From the NCBI GenBank assembly GCA_037140195.1, contig JBAXEZ010000001.1, forward strand, positions 1-45,283: DNA of 45,283 bases, written 5' to 3'. The stretch comes from an archaeon. GTDB lineage: Archaea; Nanobdellota; Nanobdellia; Pacearchaeales; GW2011-AR1. A model generated the notes under the pieces. That model was not told the DNA's origin, did not search any database, and saw only the letters and a list, made by a program, of their open reading frames with translations. Of this stretch, positions 8,189 through 15,679 are shown in pieces. Positions within the stretch are counted from its first letter, which is position 1. The number at the start of each line of letters is the position of its first letter. The translations under genes and the position numbers were made by a program.

Positions 8189-8875
8189 TTAAATCTTGAC
8201 ACACTGCCCACTTCCACCTACCTTTTGTTCATAGGTAGAATCCTGAGATTTGACCATTCCAGGTTGACAAGTTCCAACAGTATAACCTCCTAGATAACTT
8301 TGACATTCCCAATTAGACATTGTAGTCCCTGAAGGGCAATATGCTTCACAAGAAGCAACTGTGTCTACCTTATACATATATCCTGAAGGTGTATGAGGCT
8401 GTGATTCATCATAACACGAAACATTACTAATCACAATTCCAGTACCATTTAAGCTAGCATTAACTTTAGTCTTCAATTCTTGAACCGCATTATTAAGAGC
8501 AGTTACTGAAGCACTTAAAGAATTAACTTGCGCTCGTACGGCACTATCGTCATAAGAAACAGCAGTACTTCCAGTTGTACCTACTGTAGTTGTAGTTCCA
8601 GTTGTACCTGTTGTAGTTCCCGTTGTACCCGTTGTAGTTGTTGTATCTCCAGTTGTAGCCTTGCAAGTATAATCACAGTTTAACCTACAAACATTCCTGC
8701 CAATTGTACTTAGTTTTGAACAACCACCTGCATAATAACAAGCATCAGAGCAACGTTTTACTTCAGGAGTAGTCTTAACAGCATTTCCAGTGAATTGTAA
8801 AGTTATAAACGATGCTAAAATAGCAACGACGACAACTATTCCAATAATTAACCACCAATTTGTTTTATTTTCCAT
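8189..8875 (-). CDS. membrane-anchored Cys-rich surface protein with a Thr/Gly-rich linker
   Basis: N-terminal TM/signal anchor WWLIIGIVVVVAILASFITL, a CxxxC-rich segment, the linker TTGDTTTTTGTTGTTTGTTGTTTTVGTTGS, and a Cys-rich C-terminal domain. Confidence 0.55.
   Translation of the reverse strand: MENKTNWWLIIGIVVVVAILASFITLQFTGNAVKTTPEVKRCSDACYYAGGCSKLSTIGRNVCRLNCDYTCKATTGDTTTTTGTTGTTTGTTGTTTTVGTTGSTAVSYDDSAVRAQVNSLSASVTALNNAVQELKTKVNASLNGTGIVISNVSCYDESQPHTPSGYMYKVDTVASCEAYCPSGTTMSNWECQSYLGGYTVGTCQPGMVKSQDSTYEQKVGGSGQCVKI
8571..8660. repeat. in-frame tandem repeat (about 21-nt period CCNGTTGTACCNGTTGTAGTT) encoding the Thr/Gly linker
   Basis: Units start at 8598 and 8619, with partial units at 8571 and 8649. 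Confidence 0.6.
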
Positions 8876-9004
8876 ATTTTTAACCTCCTTTCATTTTTTG
8901 ATAAACATTAAGCAATTATATTCGACCAAAAATGATTGAATTGACTTGCTCAATACTTTCAATTTTTTTATTAGATTTTCTTTGAAAACCATTTTTCTTA
9001 ATGG

Positions 9005-9021
9005 ATATATATATATATATA
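9005..9021. repeat. (AT)8 dinucleotide microsatellite
   Basis: atatatatatatatata read directly, 22-38 nt upstream of the ATG at 9043. Confidence 0.9.
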
Positions 9022-9042
9022 CCTTTTTATTCTGGAGAATAT

Positions 9043-9612
9043 ATGGCACAAGACGTAACTTTATTCAAAAATTCGGAAAGTTTATTCTTCAAAGTAATAA
9101 ACAAAAAAGAAGAGGTAATTGATTTCGATTGTGAAGGATTTTTAATAGATGCAGATGAAAGAGAATGTAGAAGAACTATTGAATTTATCAAAGCTAAGAA
9201 CAAGCAAATAAAAATAGCAGTTCTAGGCAGAGATGATGAATTTAATCGTCGTGCTTTAGAAACTTTAAAAATTAACTATTTATTTTCTCCGGAACTTACA
9301 GGGCAAAAAGACACATTAAAGCAACGTGCTTCGGGTTTAAACCATATAACTACAAAAATTGCAAAAGAGAAAAATATAGAAATCGTAGTTGCTTTAAATT
9401 TCATTAATTCTCAAACAGACAAAAAATCGAAAGCTAGATTAATTTCTAGAATTATTCAAAACATAAAAATTTGCAGAAAGGCAAAATGCGAAATAAAATT
9501 CGCAACACTTGCAAAATCTGTAGAAGAATTAATGGATGAAAAACAAATTGCAGCAATCGGATTTTCTCTCGGCATGTCAAGCCAGCAGGTAAAGACATGC
9601 TTTCAGTTTTGA
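9043..9612 (+). CDS. rnp3: RNase P protein component 3 (Rpp30/p30 family)-like
   Basis: GLNHITTKIAKEKNIEIVVALNFI...ARLISRIIQNIKICRKAKCEIKFATLAKSVEELMDEKQIAAIGFSLGMS parallels archaeal Rpp30 (GIDHVLAKL...V.L.F.L...R...L+R+...+ .L..KY......SSA......R.P.D+.SLG...GM). ATG at 9043 with GGAG 6 nt upstream is preferred over 9001. Confidence 0.55.
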   Translation: MAQDVTLFKNSESLFFKVINKKEEVIDFDCEGFLIDADERECRRTIEFIKAKNKQIKIAVLGRDDEFNRRALETLKINYLFSPELTGQKDTLKQRASGLNHITTKIAKEKNIEIVVALNFINSQTDKKSKARLISRIIQNIKICRKAKCEIKFATLAKSVEELMDEKQIAAIGFSLGMSSQQVKTCFQF

Positions 9613-9623
9613 GACAGCCTGCG

Positions 9624-9648
9624 CCGAAAAACAATTGTGTTCTTTCGG
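9624..9648 (+). terminator. hairpin CCGAAAAACA-ATTG-TGTT(C)TTTCGG 3' of the p30-like gene
   Basis: 10 bp with one bulge, 12 nt after the stop. Followed by TTCGGAGGAGCA and a second AT hairpin TTTCTT-TTT-AAGAAA at 9661-9675. Confidence 0.35.
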
Positions 9649-9862
9649 TTCGGAGGAGCATTTCTTTTTAAGAAAGGGAGTTCTAGGGATGAGTTCTCAA
9701 CAAGCGAGCAATTTAGCTTTTTAAAATAATTTTCTAGCATAAGCAATAAAAAGAGCAGATTGCGAGAAAAAAGACTGTTTTTCTTTCTAACTTTAGTAAG
9801 CTTTATATATCCCGATTTAAACAAAATTATAGGTTCTACAAGCGATTTTAGAAATTTAAACA

Positions 9863-10096
9863 ATGGCAAATAATAACTATGCTCATACGCAGAATGGCTC
9901 TAGTGAAACTCCTGGAGTAGGGTATGTAACTGACGAGCACGAGTTAACTTTTGCAGAAAAAATTGTTCAGTACTATCAAAAGCATGCTTCTCCAAAATCC
10001 TCCCTGTCTGTAGTAGTTTATCATCCAATTCATAGGCCCGCTAGTAAAACTCAAAGAATTCCAAAAGAATCTACCCTAGTTGTAAAAAGAATTTAA
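9863..10096 (+). CDS. hypothetical protein
   Basis: 77-aa ORF in an otherwise non-coding gap. No motif recognised; coding status uncertain. Confidence 0.3.
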   Translation: MANNNYAHTQNGSSETPGVGYVTDEHELTFAEKIVQYYQKHASPKSSLSVVVYHPIHRPASKTQRIPKESTLVVKRI

Positions 10097-10138
10097 TAAA
10101 ATTCTTACTAATAATCATCTTCTTAAAAAAATAAAAAT

Positions 10139-10351
10139 CTACTTCGTAGCCTTAACTGAGAATTCAGTATAATGGCATTTGCCACAGTATACTCTATTAT
10201 CTGCTACCATTAAGAATATTCCTGGTCCGCATCTTGGGCAGTATTTCGCTCTTATTACCTTGTCACCTTGGATAGTGTACTTAGAACTCTTCTTAGAAGT
10301 GGGACTATTCTTATGTTTCTTCTTACCTTTTATTTTTGATTTAATCGCCAT
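10139..10351 (-). CDS. rps27ae: 30S ribosomal protein S27ae (eS31)
   Basis: C4 zinc ribbon KYCPRCGPGIFLMVADNRVYCGKCHYTEF and a basic N-terminus. Confidence 0.9.
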   Translation of the reverse strand: MAIKSKIKGKKKHKNSPTSKKSSKYTIQGDKVIRAKYCPRCGPGIFLMVADNRVYCGKCHYTEFSVKATK

Positions 10352-10353
10352 TT

Positions 10354-10668
10354 TTATTTAGCTCCTCCAGCTGCTCTTGCATCTGCTGCAGCTTTCTTTG
10401 CCTCTGCAACTGCTTTTTTTCTAACTTTTCTTGGGATTGTTTCAACTTTAACTTTATCTGCTACTGTATTGTAAACAATAGCGTCAATGGTAAATGTATC
10501 CTTACCAAAACTTCCATCAATTTGTCTAACAACTGTCAATTCAGCATCGCTCTTTAGCAAAGCAATAACATCTAGCTTAGAAGGGTTCTTCTCAGATTTA
10601 ACATCCAAAATATATTCAGTTCTATTCAAAGACAGATTCTTATTTTGTTTTAATATTTTTGATTCCAT
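10354..10668 (-). CDS. rps24e: 30S ribosomal protein S24e (eS24)
   Basis: NKNLSLNRTEYILDV...PSKLDVIALL...VRQIDGSFGKDTFTIDAIVYN. Canonical position upstream of S27ae. Confidence 0.9.
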   Translation of the reverse strand: MESKILKQNKNLSLNRTEYILDVKSEKNPSKLDVIALLKSDAELTVVRQIDGSFGKDTFTIDAIVYNTVADKVKVETIPRKVRKKAVAEAKKAAADARAAGGAK

Positions 10669-10675
10669 TTTAATT

Positions 10676-10864
10676 TTATTTTATCTTAAGTGCAAATCTT
10701 CCATTCGATTTAATTCCAATATTATTTGCAATGATTGATTTTTCTGCGTTAAATATAACTGCTTCTCCTTTGAATCCCTCAAGCCCCACAGTGTCTCCAC
10801 AATTAGGGCATTTTACACCTTCATAAACGGTCTTACATTTTGAACAAGCTTTTTCTTTTGCCAT
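10676..10864 (-). CDS. spt4: transcription elongation factor Spt4 (RpoE'')
   Basis: 62 aa with a zinc ribbon, CSKCKTVYEGVKCPNCG. Its start overlaps the rpoE' stop by 1 nt. Confidence 0.85.
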   Translation of the reverse strand: MAKEKACSKCKTVYEGVKCPNCGDTVGLEGFKGEAVIFNAEKSIIANNIGIKSNGRFALKIK

Positions 10865-11484
10865 TATTTCTTTTTACCTTCCTTTTTAGCAGCTTTAGGT
10901 TTTGATTCTTTAGCATCTCCTTCTGATGACTTCTTTGCAGCCTTTTTAGACTTTTCCTTATCTCCATTTATCCATTCTAATTTTCCTAGGCCAGGCTGTC
11001 TCATTGTTAATCCTACTTTTGGATCTTCACCCTTATAAGAGATTGCAACAATTCTTGCCATACATTCATCACCAACATTTAAAGATCTTTTACCATCTTT
11101 TCCTGTCAAACTTCCGCCTTTAGCGAATGAAACGAAATCGTCCATAGTTTGTGAAATATGTATCATTCCTCTCAAAACACCCATATCAATGAATGCGCCG
11201 AAATTTGTGATTTCTTCAATCTTACCAAATACAATTTCTTGTAACTCTGGTTTGAATGTGATTATCTTGAATCTTGATTTATAATAGGCTGCTCCGTCGC
11301 CAGGAATAATAATTCCGTCATCAACTGACAAAACTTCTAAAACATCGACGACAGTTCCTAATTCTCTATCTTGAAAATTCGAATAACTCTGATGTAACTG
11401 TTCTTTTACAGCATCTGCTGTTTTAAGGCCAAACAATTTTGGCTCTACTCTTACAAAGTCCTCAACTTCAACTAAATAGAACAT
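10864..11484 (-). CDS. rpoE: DNA-directed RNA polymerase subunit E' (Rpo7/Rpb7 homologue) with a Lys-rich C-terminal tail
   Basis: MFYLVEVEDFVRVEPKLFG N-terminal domain, an S1 domain (GKIEEITNFGAFIDMG...GMIHISQ), and the tail KSKKAAKKSSEGDAKESKPKAAKKEGKKK. Confidence 0.9.
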   Translation of the reverse strand: MFYLVEVEDFVRVEPKLFGLKTADAVKEQLHQSYSNFQDRELGTVVDVLEVLSVDDGIIIPGDGAAYYKSRFKIITFKPELQEIVFGKIEEITNFGAFIDMGVLRGMIHISQTMDDFVSFAKGGSLTGKDGKRSLNVGDECMARIVAISYKGEDPKVGLTMRQPGLGKLEWINGDKEKSKKAAKKSSEGDAKESKPKAAKKEGKKK

Positions 11485-11560
11485 GATTTTAATAGAAAAA
11501 GTTCATTTTTAAAGCTTGTGATTGTTAAACTTTCCCAAAAATGGATTTCCGCCTCGGCAT

Positions 11561-11941
11561 CTAATTAATAATCTGCACTTGTCTTTTATCAGAAATTGTA
11601 ACTATTGTATTTTCAACTCTTTTTTTTAACTTCTTATCCAAAGTCGCCAATGCAATATTTTTCCCACGTATGAAATCAGCAATTCCAACATCAACGTTTT
11701 TATTATTAACTCTTACGGATTCATACCCTAATCTCTCAACTAAGGATAATGCAAGTTTGGCAGCATCTTTATCTTTTCCTTTCATATCTTTTCTCGTAGA
11801 TAAATCTTCTAATTCAGCAATAACTTCTTCGGGAATAATCCATTCTAATTTACTGTCAATTTGCTCTCCGATTAATTCTGCAAAATCAACTTTCTGTTTT
11901 GCGCACGTTAATAAAAAGTTCGTGTCGAGTAATATTTTCAT
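11561..11941 (-). CDS. PIN-domain protein (Fcf1/Utp24-like, conserved neighbour of rpoE')
   Basis: MKILLDTNFLL...VIAELEDL...ATLDKKLKKRV. Sits at the head of the widely conserved archaeal PIN-rpoE'-spt4-S24e-S27ae cluster. Confidence 0.75.
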   Translation of the reverse strand: MKILLDTNFLLTCAKQKVDFAELIGEQIDSKLEWIIPEEVIAELEDLSTRKDMKGKDKDAAKLALSLVERLGYESVRVNNKNVDVGIADFIRGKNIALATLDKKLKKRVENTIVTISDKRQVQIIN

Positions 11942-12023
11942 AGAATAATATAGAACTTGGGATTTATATTCCTGACGTTTTCAAAAATTTGCGAAGAGTA
12001 TAATCTTAAACTGCCTCTTAAGA

Positions 12024-12830
12024 TTAATCAGCTTTTTTCTCTGTACTAATAATAATTTTTATAAAATCCGCAACTTCTGATTTAAATTTACTAACTTGCT
12101 CTTCGGAAACCTTACCACTAAGTATATCTTCAAGCGTAATAAATGCCTTCTTCATATCATAGTCAATACCAAATTTATCTTTCAGATGCTTTATTTGAGA
12201 ATCACAAAGATATGCGACACAAACTGGACCTTTGTGGTCTTTTAATATACAGCCCTCTCTAGTATGGTATCTACACGGTTTTCCAAAAAGAGGGAGACCT
12301 TCTTCTTTATTCTCTGGTAGCCCATATTTTTCTATTCTTCTTTGAGTTAGTAGTTTTAGGTCGGCATCTGAAATTTTATCGGAGTGTTGGCCGTGCATAT
12401 CATTTAAGCAGCATCCAATATTTCCAGGGGCATACCATTCTTTTGGAAAAAGTGGAGATCGGATAGGGTATTTTCCAGTTTCCAGATTAGTACATTGTGT
12501 TCCACAGTAATTAACTTTTACAAAAAAAGTACCGAGCAATTCTTCACATTCCAGATACTGTTTAAGGCGTTCTTCCGCGGTTTTTTGATTTTGATCTGGG
12601 CCAGTTTGTTCTACGGTTTGTTGTACTGCTTGCTCTAAATCACTTATATTATTTGTTCTTTCTGTAGTCTGAACTATTGGGGCGTTAATCTTGGATTTTC
12701 CAATAATCTTTAAGAAATATTTGGTCGTTGCTTCTTCTAATTTCCTACCTTCTTTGACAATCTTTTCTACAACAGTCCCATAAATTTTTCCTAATGTTTC
12801 TATAGCCGACGGTTTATATTGGTTTTCCAT
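12024..12830 (-). CDS. hypothetical protein: MENQYKP N-terminal module plus a Cys-rich C-terminal domain (YkgJ/CxxCxxCC-like?)
   Basis: N-terminus MENQYKPSAIETLGKIYGTVVEKI is paralogous to 12833..13396. The C-terminal NYCGTQC...GCCLNDMHG...PCRYHTREGCILKDHKGPVCVAYLC resembles putative Zn/Fe-chelating YkgJ-type domains. Confidence 0.45.
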   Translation of the reverse strand: MENQYKPSAIETLGKIYGTVVEKIVKEGRKLEEATTKYFLKIIGKSKINAPIVQTTERTNNISDLEQAVQQTVEQTGPDQNQKTAEERLKQYLECEELLGTFFVKVNYCGTQCTNLETGKYPIRSPLFPKEWYAPGNIGCCLNDMHGQHSDKISDADLKLLTQRRIEKYGLPENKEEGLPLFGKPCRYHTREGCILKDHKGPVCVAYLCDSQIKHLKDKFGIDYDMKKAFITLEDILSGKVSEEQVSKFKSEVADFIKIIISTEKKAD

Positions 12831-12832
12831 TT
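12810..12832. repeat. 23-nt exact repeat spanning a start codon (copy 1)
   Basis: CGGTTTATATTGGTTTTCCATTT is identical to 13376..13398. On the coding strand it reads AAATGGAAAACCAATATAAACCG. Confidence 0.9.
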
Positions 12833-13396
12833 TTAATTTGTAGAGTCTAATAACTTTTCTAGATTACATTTGTTTGTTTTACTTTCTACCACTCTTTGTT
12901 CTGCTCTTTTGTATACTTTTCTGCCCTGTTCATAAACTAATGATGCAACATTTGTAGCAACAGGAATAAATAAAACTTCATAATGCCCATATTTTAAAGC
13001 ATAATTATACCCTATAAATTGGCCTAAACCCAAAACCAAACCCGCAAATACTCCCGTTGAAAGTCCATATCTTTCTGCAGATGCACTTGGGACATAGCAA
13101 GTTCTTACATTATTATCTGGTATGAGTGTATTTTGAGAAGTATTATTTTGGATTGGTTGTCTATCTGATGCAAAAACTCTTTTTGTAGAAGCCATCATAT
13201 AGGGGCCTAAATTTATAACTCCTACGGATGCCATAAATTCTCTAGTAAAATCCTTTGCAATATTTCTTGCGTGTCTTAGAGAATCCTGCGTTGCCATTTC
13301 TTTTTTTCTTAAATTTTCTTTACTAAACTTATCAGCAACAGATTCGTAAATTTCTCCAAACACTTCTTTAGCTTTCGGTTTATATTGGTTTTCCAT
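12833..13396 (-). CDS. hypothetical membrane protein: MENQYKP N-terminal module plus a Gly-zipper C-terminal region
   Basis: MENQYKPKAKEVFGEIYESVADKF, and a C-terminal GLSTGVFAGLVLGLGQFIGYNYAL...VLFIPVATNVASLVY. There is a 2-nt gap to the next gene. Confidence 0.5.
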   Translation of the reverse strand: MENQYKPKAKEVFGEIYESVADKFSKENLRKKEMATQDSLRHARNIAKDFTREFMASVGVINLGPYMMASTKRVFASDRQPIQNNTSQNTLIPDNNVRTCYVPSASAERYGLSTGVFAGLVLGLGQFIGYNYALKYGHYEVLFIPVATNVASLVYEQGRKVYKRAEQRVVESKTNKCNLEKLLDSTN

Positions 13397-13398
13397 TT
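13376..13398. repeat. 23-nt exact repeat spanning a start codon (copy 2)
   Basis: Identical to 12810..12832. Confidence 0.9.
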
Positions 13399-13909
13399 AG
13401 AATCTCCTTAAATCGGCGACGGTAGGTTTATGAATTCCAAAAGCTGTTTCGGCGATATCCTTCAAATATCCAAAAACTTTTGCTCTTTCAGGATCATGCT
13501 CTTCTCCCATCCTCTCTTCTAAATCATACAAATCAAGCCAACTTTCTTCTTTAAAGTCATCAGGCATATAAGTTGTTGAGTGATAAATTGCATCTCTAAA
13601 TGCTAGTTTCATGTCGGTTGGTCTTCGAAGGCCATACAAATCAGTTTCCGTAAAAGAAAAATCAATTCCCGAAAAGTGTTGTACAATCTGCGTTCCGCGA
13701 GGTGCATCAGCAGAGCGAATAACTAATCCTTTCGTAGGTTCGGGTTCATCAGAATATCTAACATCTAGGGGCAATTCAATTTGTTCATATCCCCAGATTC
13801 TATGCTGCATAGAAAGATTTTCAAAAACATCCCTTGGCGATTCTAAACAGAAGCTGACTAGCTCTGATTTGTCTTCTCTTTCATCATGACATAATATCTC
13901 TGTTGGCAT
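13397..13909 (-). CDS. hypothetical protein (first gene of the three-gene operon)
   Basis: 170-aa acidic ORF. Its stop codon abuts the next start codon with no spacer (13397-13399 TAA, 13394-13396 ATG). Confidence 0.5.
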   Translation of the reverse strand: MPTEILCHDEREDKSELVSFCLESPRDVFENLSMQHRIWGYEQIELPLDVRYSDEPEPTKGLVIRSADAPRGTQIVQHFSGIDFSFTETDLYGLRRPTDMKLAFRDAIYHSTTYMPDDFKEESWLDLYDLEERMGEEHDPERAKVFGYLKDIAETAFGIHKPTVADLRRF

Positions 13910-14009
13910 AAAAGATAGTGTAATAACCCTCTTTTAAATCTTTCGATTGTAATTACTATAAAATGACAGAAATAGAAAAGTTTATAAAGGAGATTATGTT
14001 CATTAAACT

Positions 14010-14276
14010 ATGGCAGTAAATATTGAAAATGCAGCAAGAGTATTAAAGGAAGGAGACATCGTTAGATATGCTTGCGATATTCGGATAAAATTCGGACCTC
14101 TAAAAAGAGATCAACAATTTTATGGTTCATATAAGGCATTTAACGAAGCTAGTGGTGTAATTACTTTTTTACCTCTACCCGTTATCAATTCTCGACCTGA
14201 AGAGAGTAGGCCAGCTACGGTACATTACAGTCAGCTAAAATCTCTAGAACTTCTTGCTCCGACTAGTACGTTCTAA
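14010..14276 (+). CDS. hypothetical protein
   Basis: 88-aa ORF. No motif recognised. Confidence 0.4.
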   Translation: MAVNIENAARVLKEGDIVRYACDIRIKFGPLKRDQQFYGSYKAFNEASGVITFLPLPVINSRPEESRPATVHYSQLKSLELLAPTSTF

Positions 14277-14350
14277 AAGAATAAGTTTATATTTGTGAAG
14301 GTTTAACAATTCGTAACACTTATATATTCTACAATCTTTCTTCAATTAAG

Positions 14351-14914
14351 ATGCTACAAGAGGCTGAGAATATTTTAAGGATTATGAAAGAGGCAAGAGT
14401 CGCTTTAGAACAGAAAGATTCTTACAAATTAAAAGCTCTATCAGATCAAACACTTCATACGGCGACGGTTTATCAAGATGCAGATAGCATTGTTGTCGCG
14501 GTTCTAACTTATTCTATTGCAAAGATTGTAGAACGAGAAAATTATAAGCGAATGGAAGGGTGGGACATATTTTATAATTCTTTGATAACTAACATGGATG
14601 CTGCAATTTTAAAGCTCGAAGTGGGGGACTATGAAAAGTTCATGGACTATTTAGGAAAAATAAGAAATTCAATTAATAAAATAGCGGGCGATTTATCAAA
14701 CTACATTAGGGACATTTTTTATAAAGCTGAAGTAAACAAAGCATTCAAGCTATACGAGCATGGTTTATCTGCAGAAAAAACAGCCTCTATTTTGGGCGTG
14801 TCTCTCTGGGATCTGGCCGGCTACATTGGGCAATCAACGGTAAGTGAATCGCATTTAAATGAAGCAATTCCCGTAAAAGAAAGAATTAAATTGGCAGAGA
14901 GCTTTTTCAAATGA
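14351..14914 (+). CDS. hypothetical protein with a C-terminal HTH (UPF0175-like?)
   Basis: LYEHGLSAEKTASILGVSLWDLAGYIGQ looks like the HTH of UPF0175-type antitoxin-like proteins. The protein is larger than typical members. Confidence 0.35.
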   Translation: MLQEAENILRIMKEARVALEQKDSYKLKALSDQTLHTATVYQDADSIVVAVLTYSIAKIVERENYKRMEGWDIFYNSLITNMDAAILKLEVGDYEKFMDYLGKIRNSINKIAGDLSNYIRDIFYKAEVNKAFKLYEHGLSAEKTASILGVSLWDLAGYIGQSTVSESHLNEAIPVKERIKLAESFFK

Positions 14915-15002
14915 AAACATTATTTTTAACAAAAGTTTTCAAGGAATTTAGCGGTTGTACATCCAAGATACAACCTTGCGAACTCTTCGGGAGTTTAGCA
15001 AA

Positions 15003-15674
15003 ATGAAATTCGCAATTTTAGACTCTGGTCCGATTATCTCTTTAACTCTAAACGGTCTTTTACATACCCTAGAATTACTAAAAAAGAAATTTCCTGAAGT
15101 GGCATTTATTCTAACTCCTCAAGTTAAAAAAGAAATAATCGATAAACCAATGACCATAAAAAAATATGAGTTGGAGGCTATAAAGATTCAAACTCTTTTA
15201 GCAAATAAAACAATTATAATGTCTACCGAATTTGTTCCAAACAATCAACTAGAAAAAGAAACGCAAAGAATTCTAACTTTGTCTAATTCAACGATTCGTG
15301 CCGACAAAGAAAATATAGAAATAGTTCAAATTGGCGAAGCCTCTTGTTTAGCATTTACAAATCTCTGCAACTGTGAAAGTGTTATAGTTATAGACGAAAG
15401 AGTTACAAGATTACTAACTGAGTCTCCTCAAAACCTAAAAGCTATTATGGAAAGGAAGTTGCATATGCCAATCATCTTAAATCAAAAAAATCTCAAAGAG
15501 TTCAAGGATTACAAATATATTAGATCTACAGAACTTGCGTACATTGCTTACGAAAATGATTTATATGACTACAAAAAAGATAAGGCGTTATTGGATGCAT
15601 TAATGTTTTCTCTGAAATTCTCCGGGACTTCTATTTCTAGCAAAGAAATTGATGAAATGAAAAATATGCAATAA
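15003..15674 (+). CDS. PIN-like (DUF3368-like) domain protein
   Basis: MKFAILDSGPIISLTLNGLLHTLELLKKKFPEVAFILTPQVKKEI resembles the N-terminus of DUF3368/PIN_3 proteins. ATG at 15003 is preferred over the track's TTG at 14955. The hairpin GGTTGTA-N9-TACAACC at 14953-14975 precedes it. Confidence 0.4.
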   Translation: MKFAILDSGPIISLTLNGLLHTLELLKKKFPEVAFILTPQVKKEIIDKPMTIKKYELEAIKIQTLLANKTIIMSTEFVPNNQLEKETQRILTLSNSTIRADKENIEIVQIGEASCLAFTNLCNCESVIVIDERVTRLLTESPQNLKAIMERKLHMPIILNQKNLKEFKDYKYIRSTELAYIAYENDLYDYKKDKALLDALMFSLKFSGTSISSKEIDEMKNMQ

Positions 15675-15679
15675 TCGCT

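Noticed and set aside
8571-8660. Short tandem repeats considered as a possible CRISPR array or other non-coding repeat array
   Set aside because: The period is only about 21 nt with no spacers, and the repeats lie in frame inside a long ORF, encoding a Thr/Gly linker.
9603-9869. 88-aa minus-strand ORF filling the 9612-9863 spacer
   Set aside because: Its composition is K/L/F-rich and low-complexity, as expected from AT-rich non-coding DNA. It spans terminator-like hairpins and the promoter region of 9863. No motif recognised.
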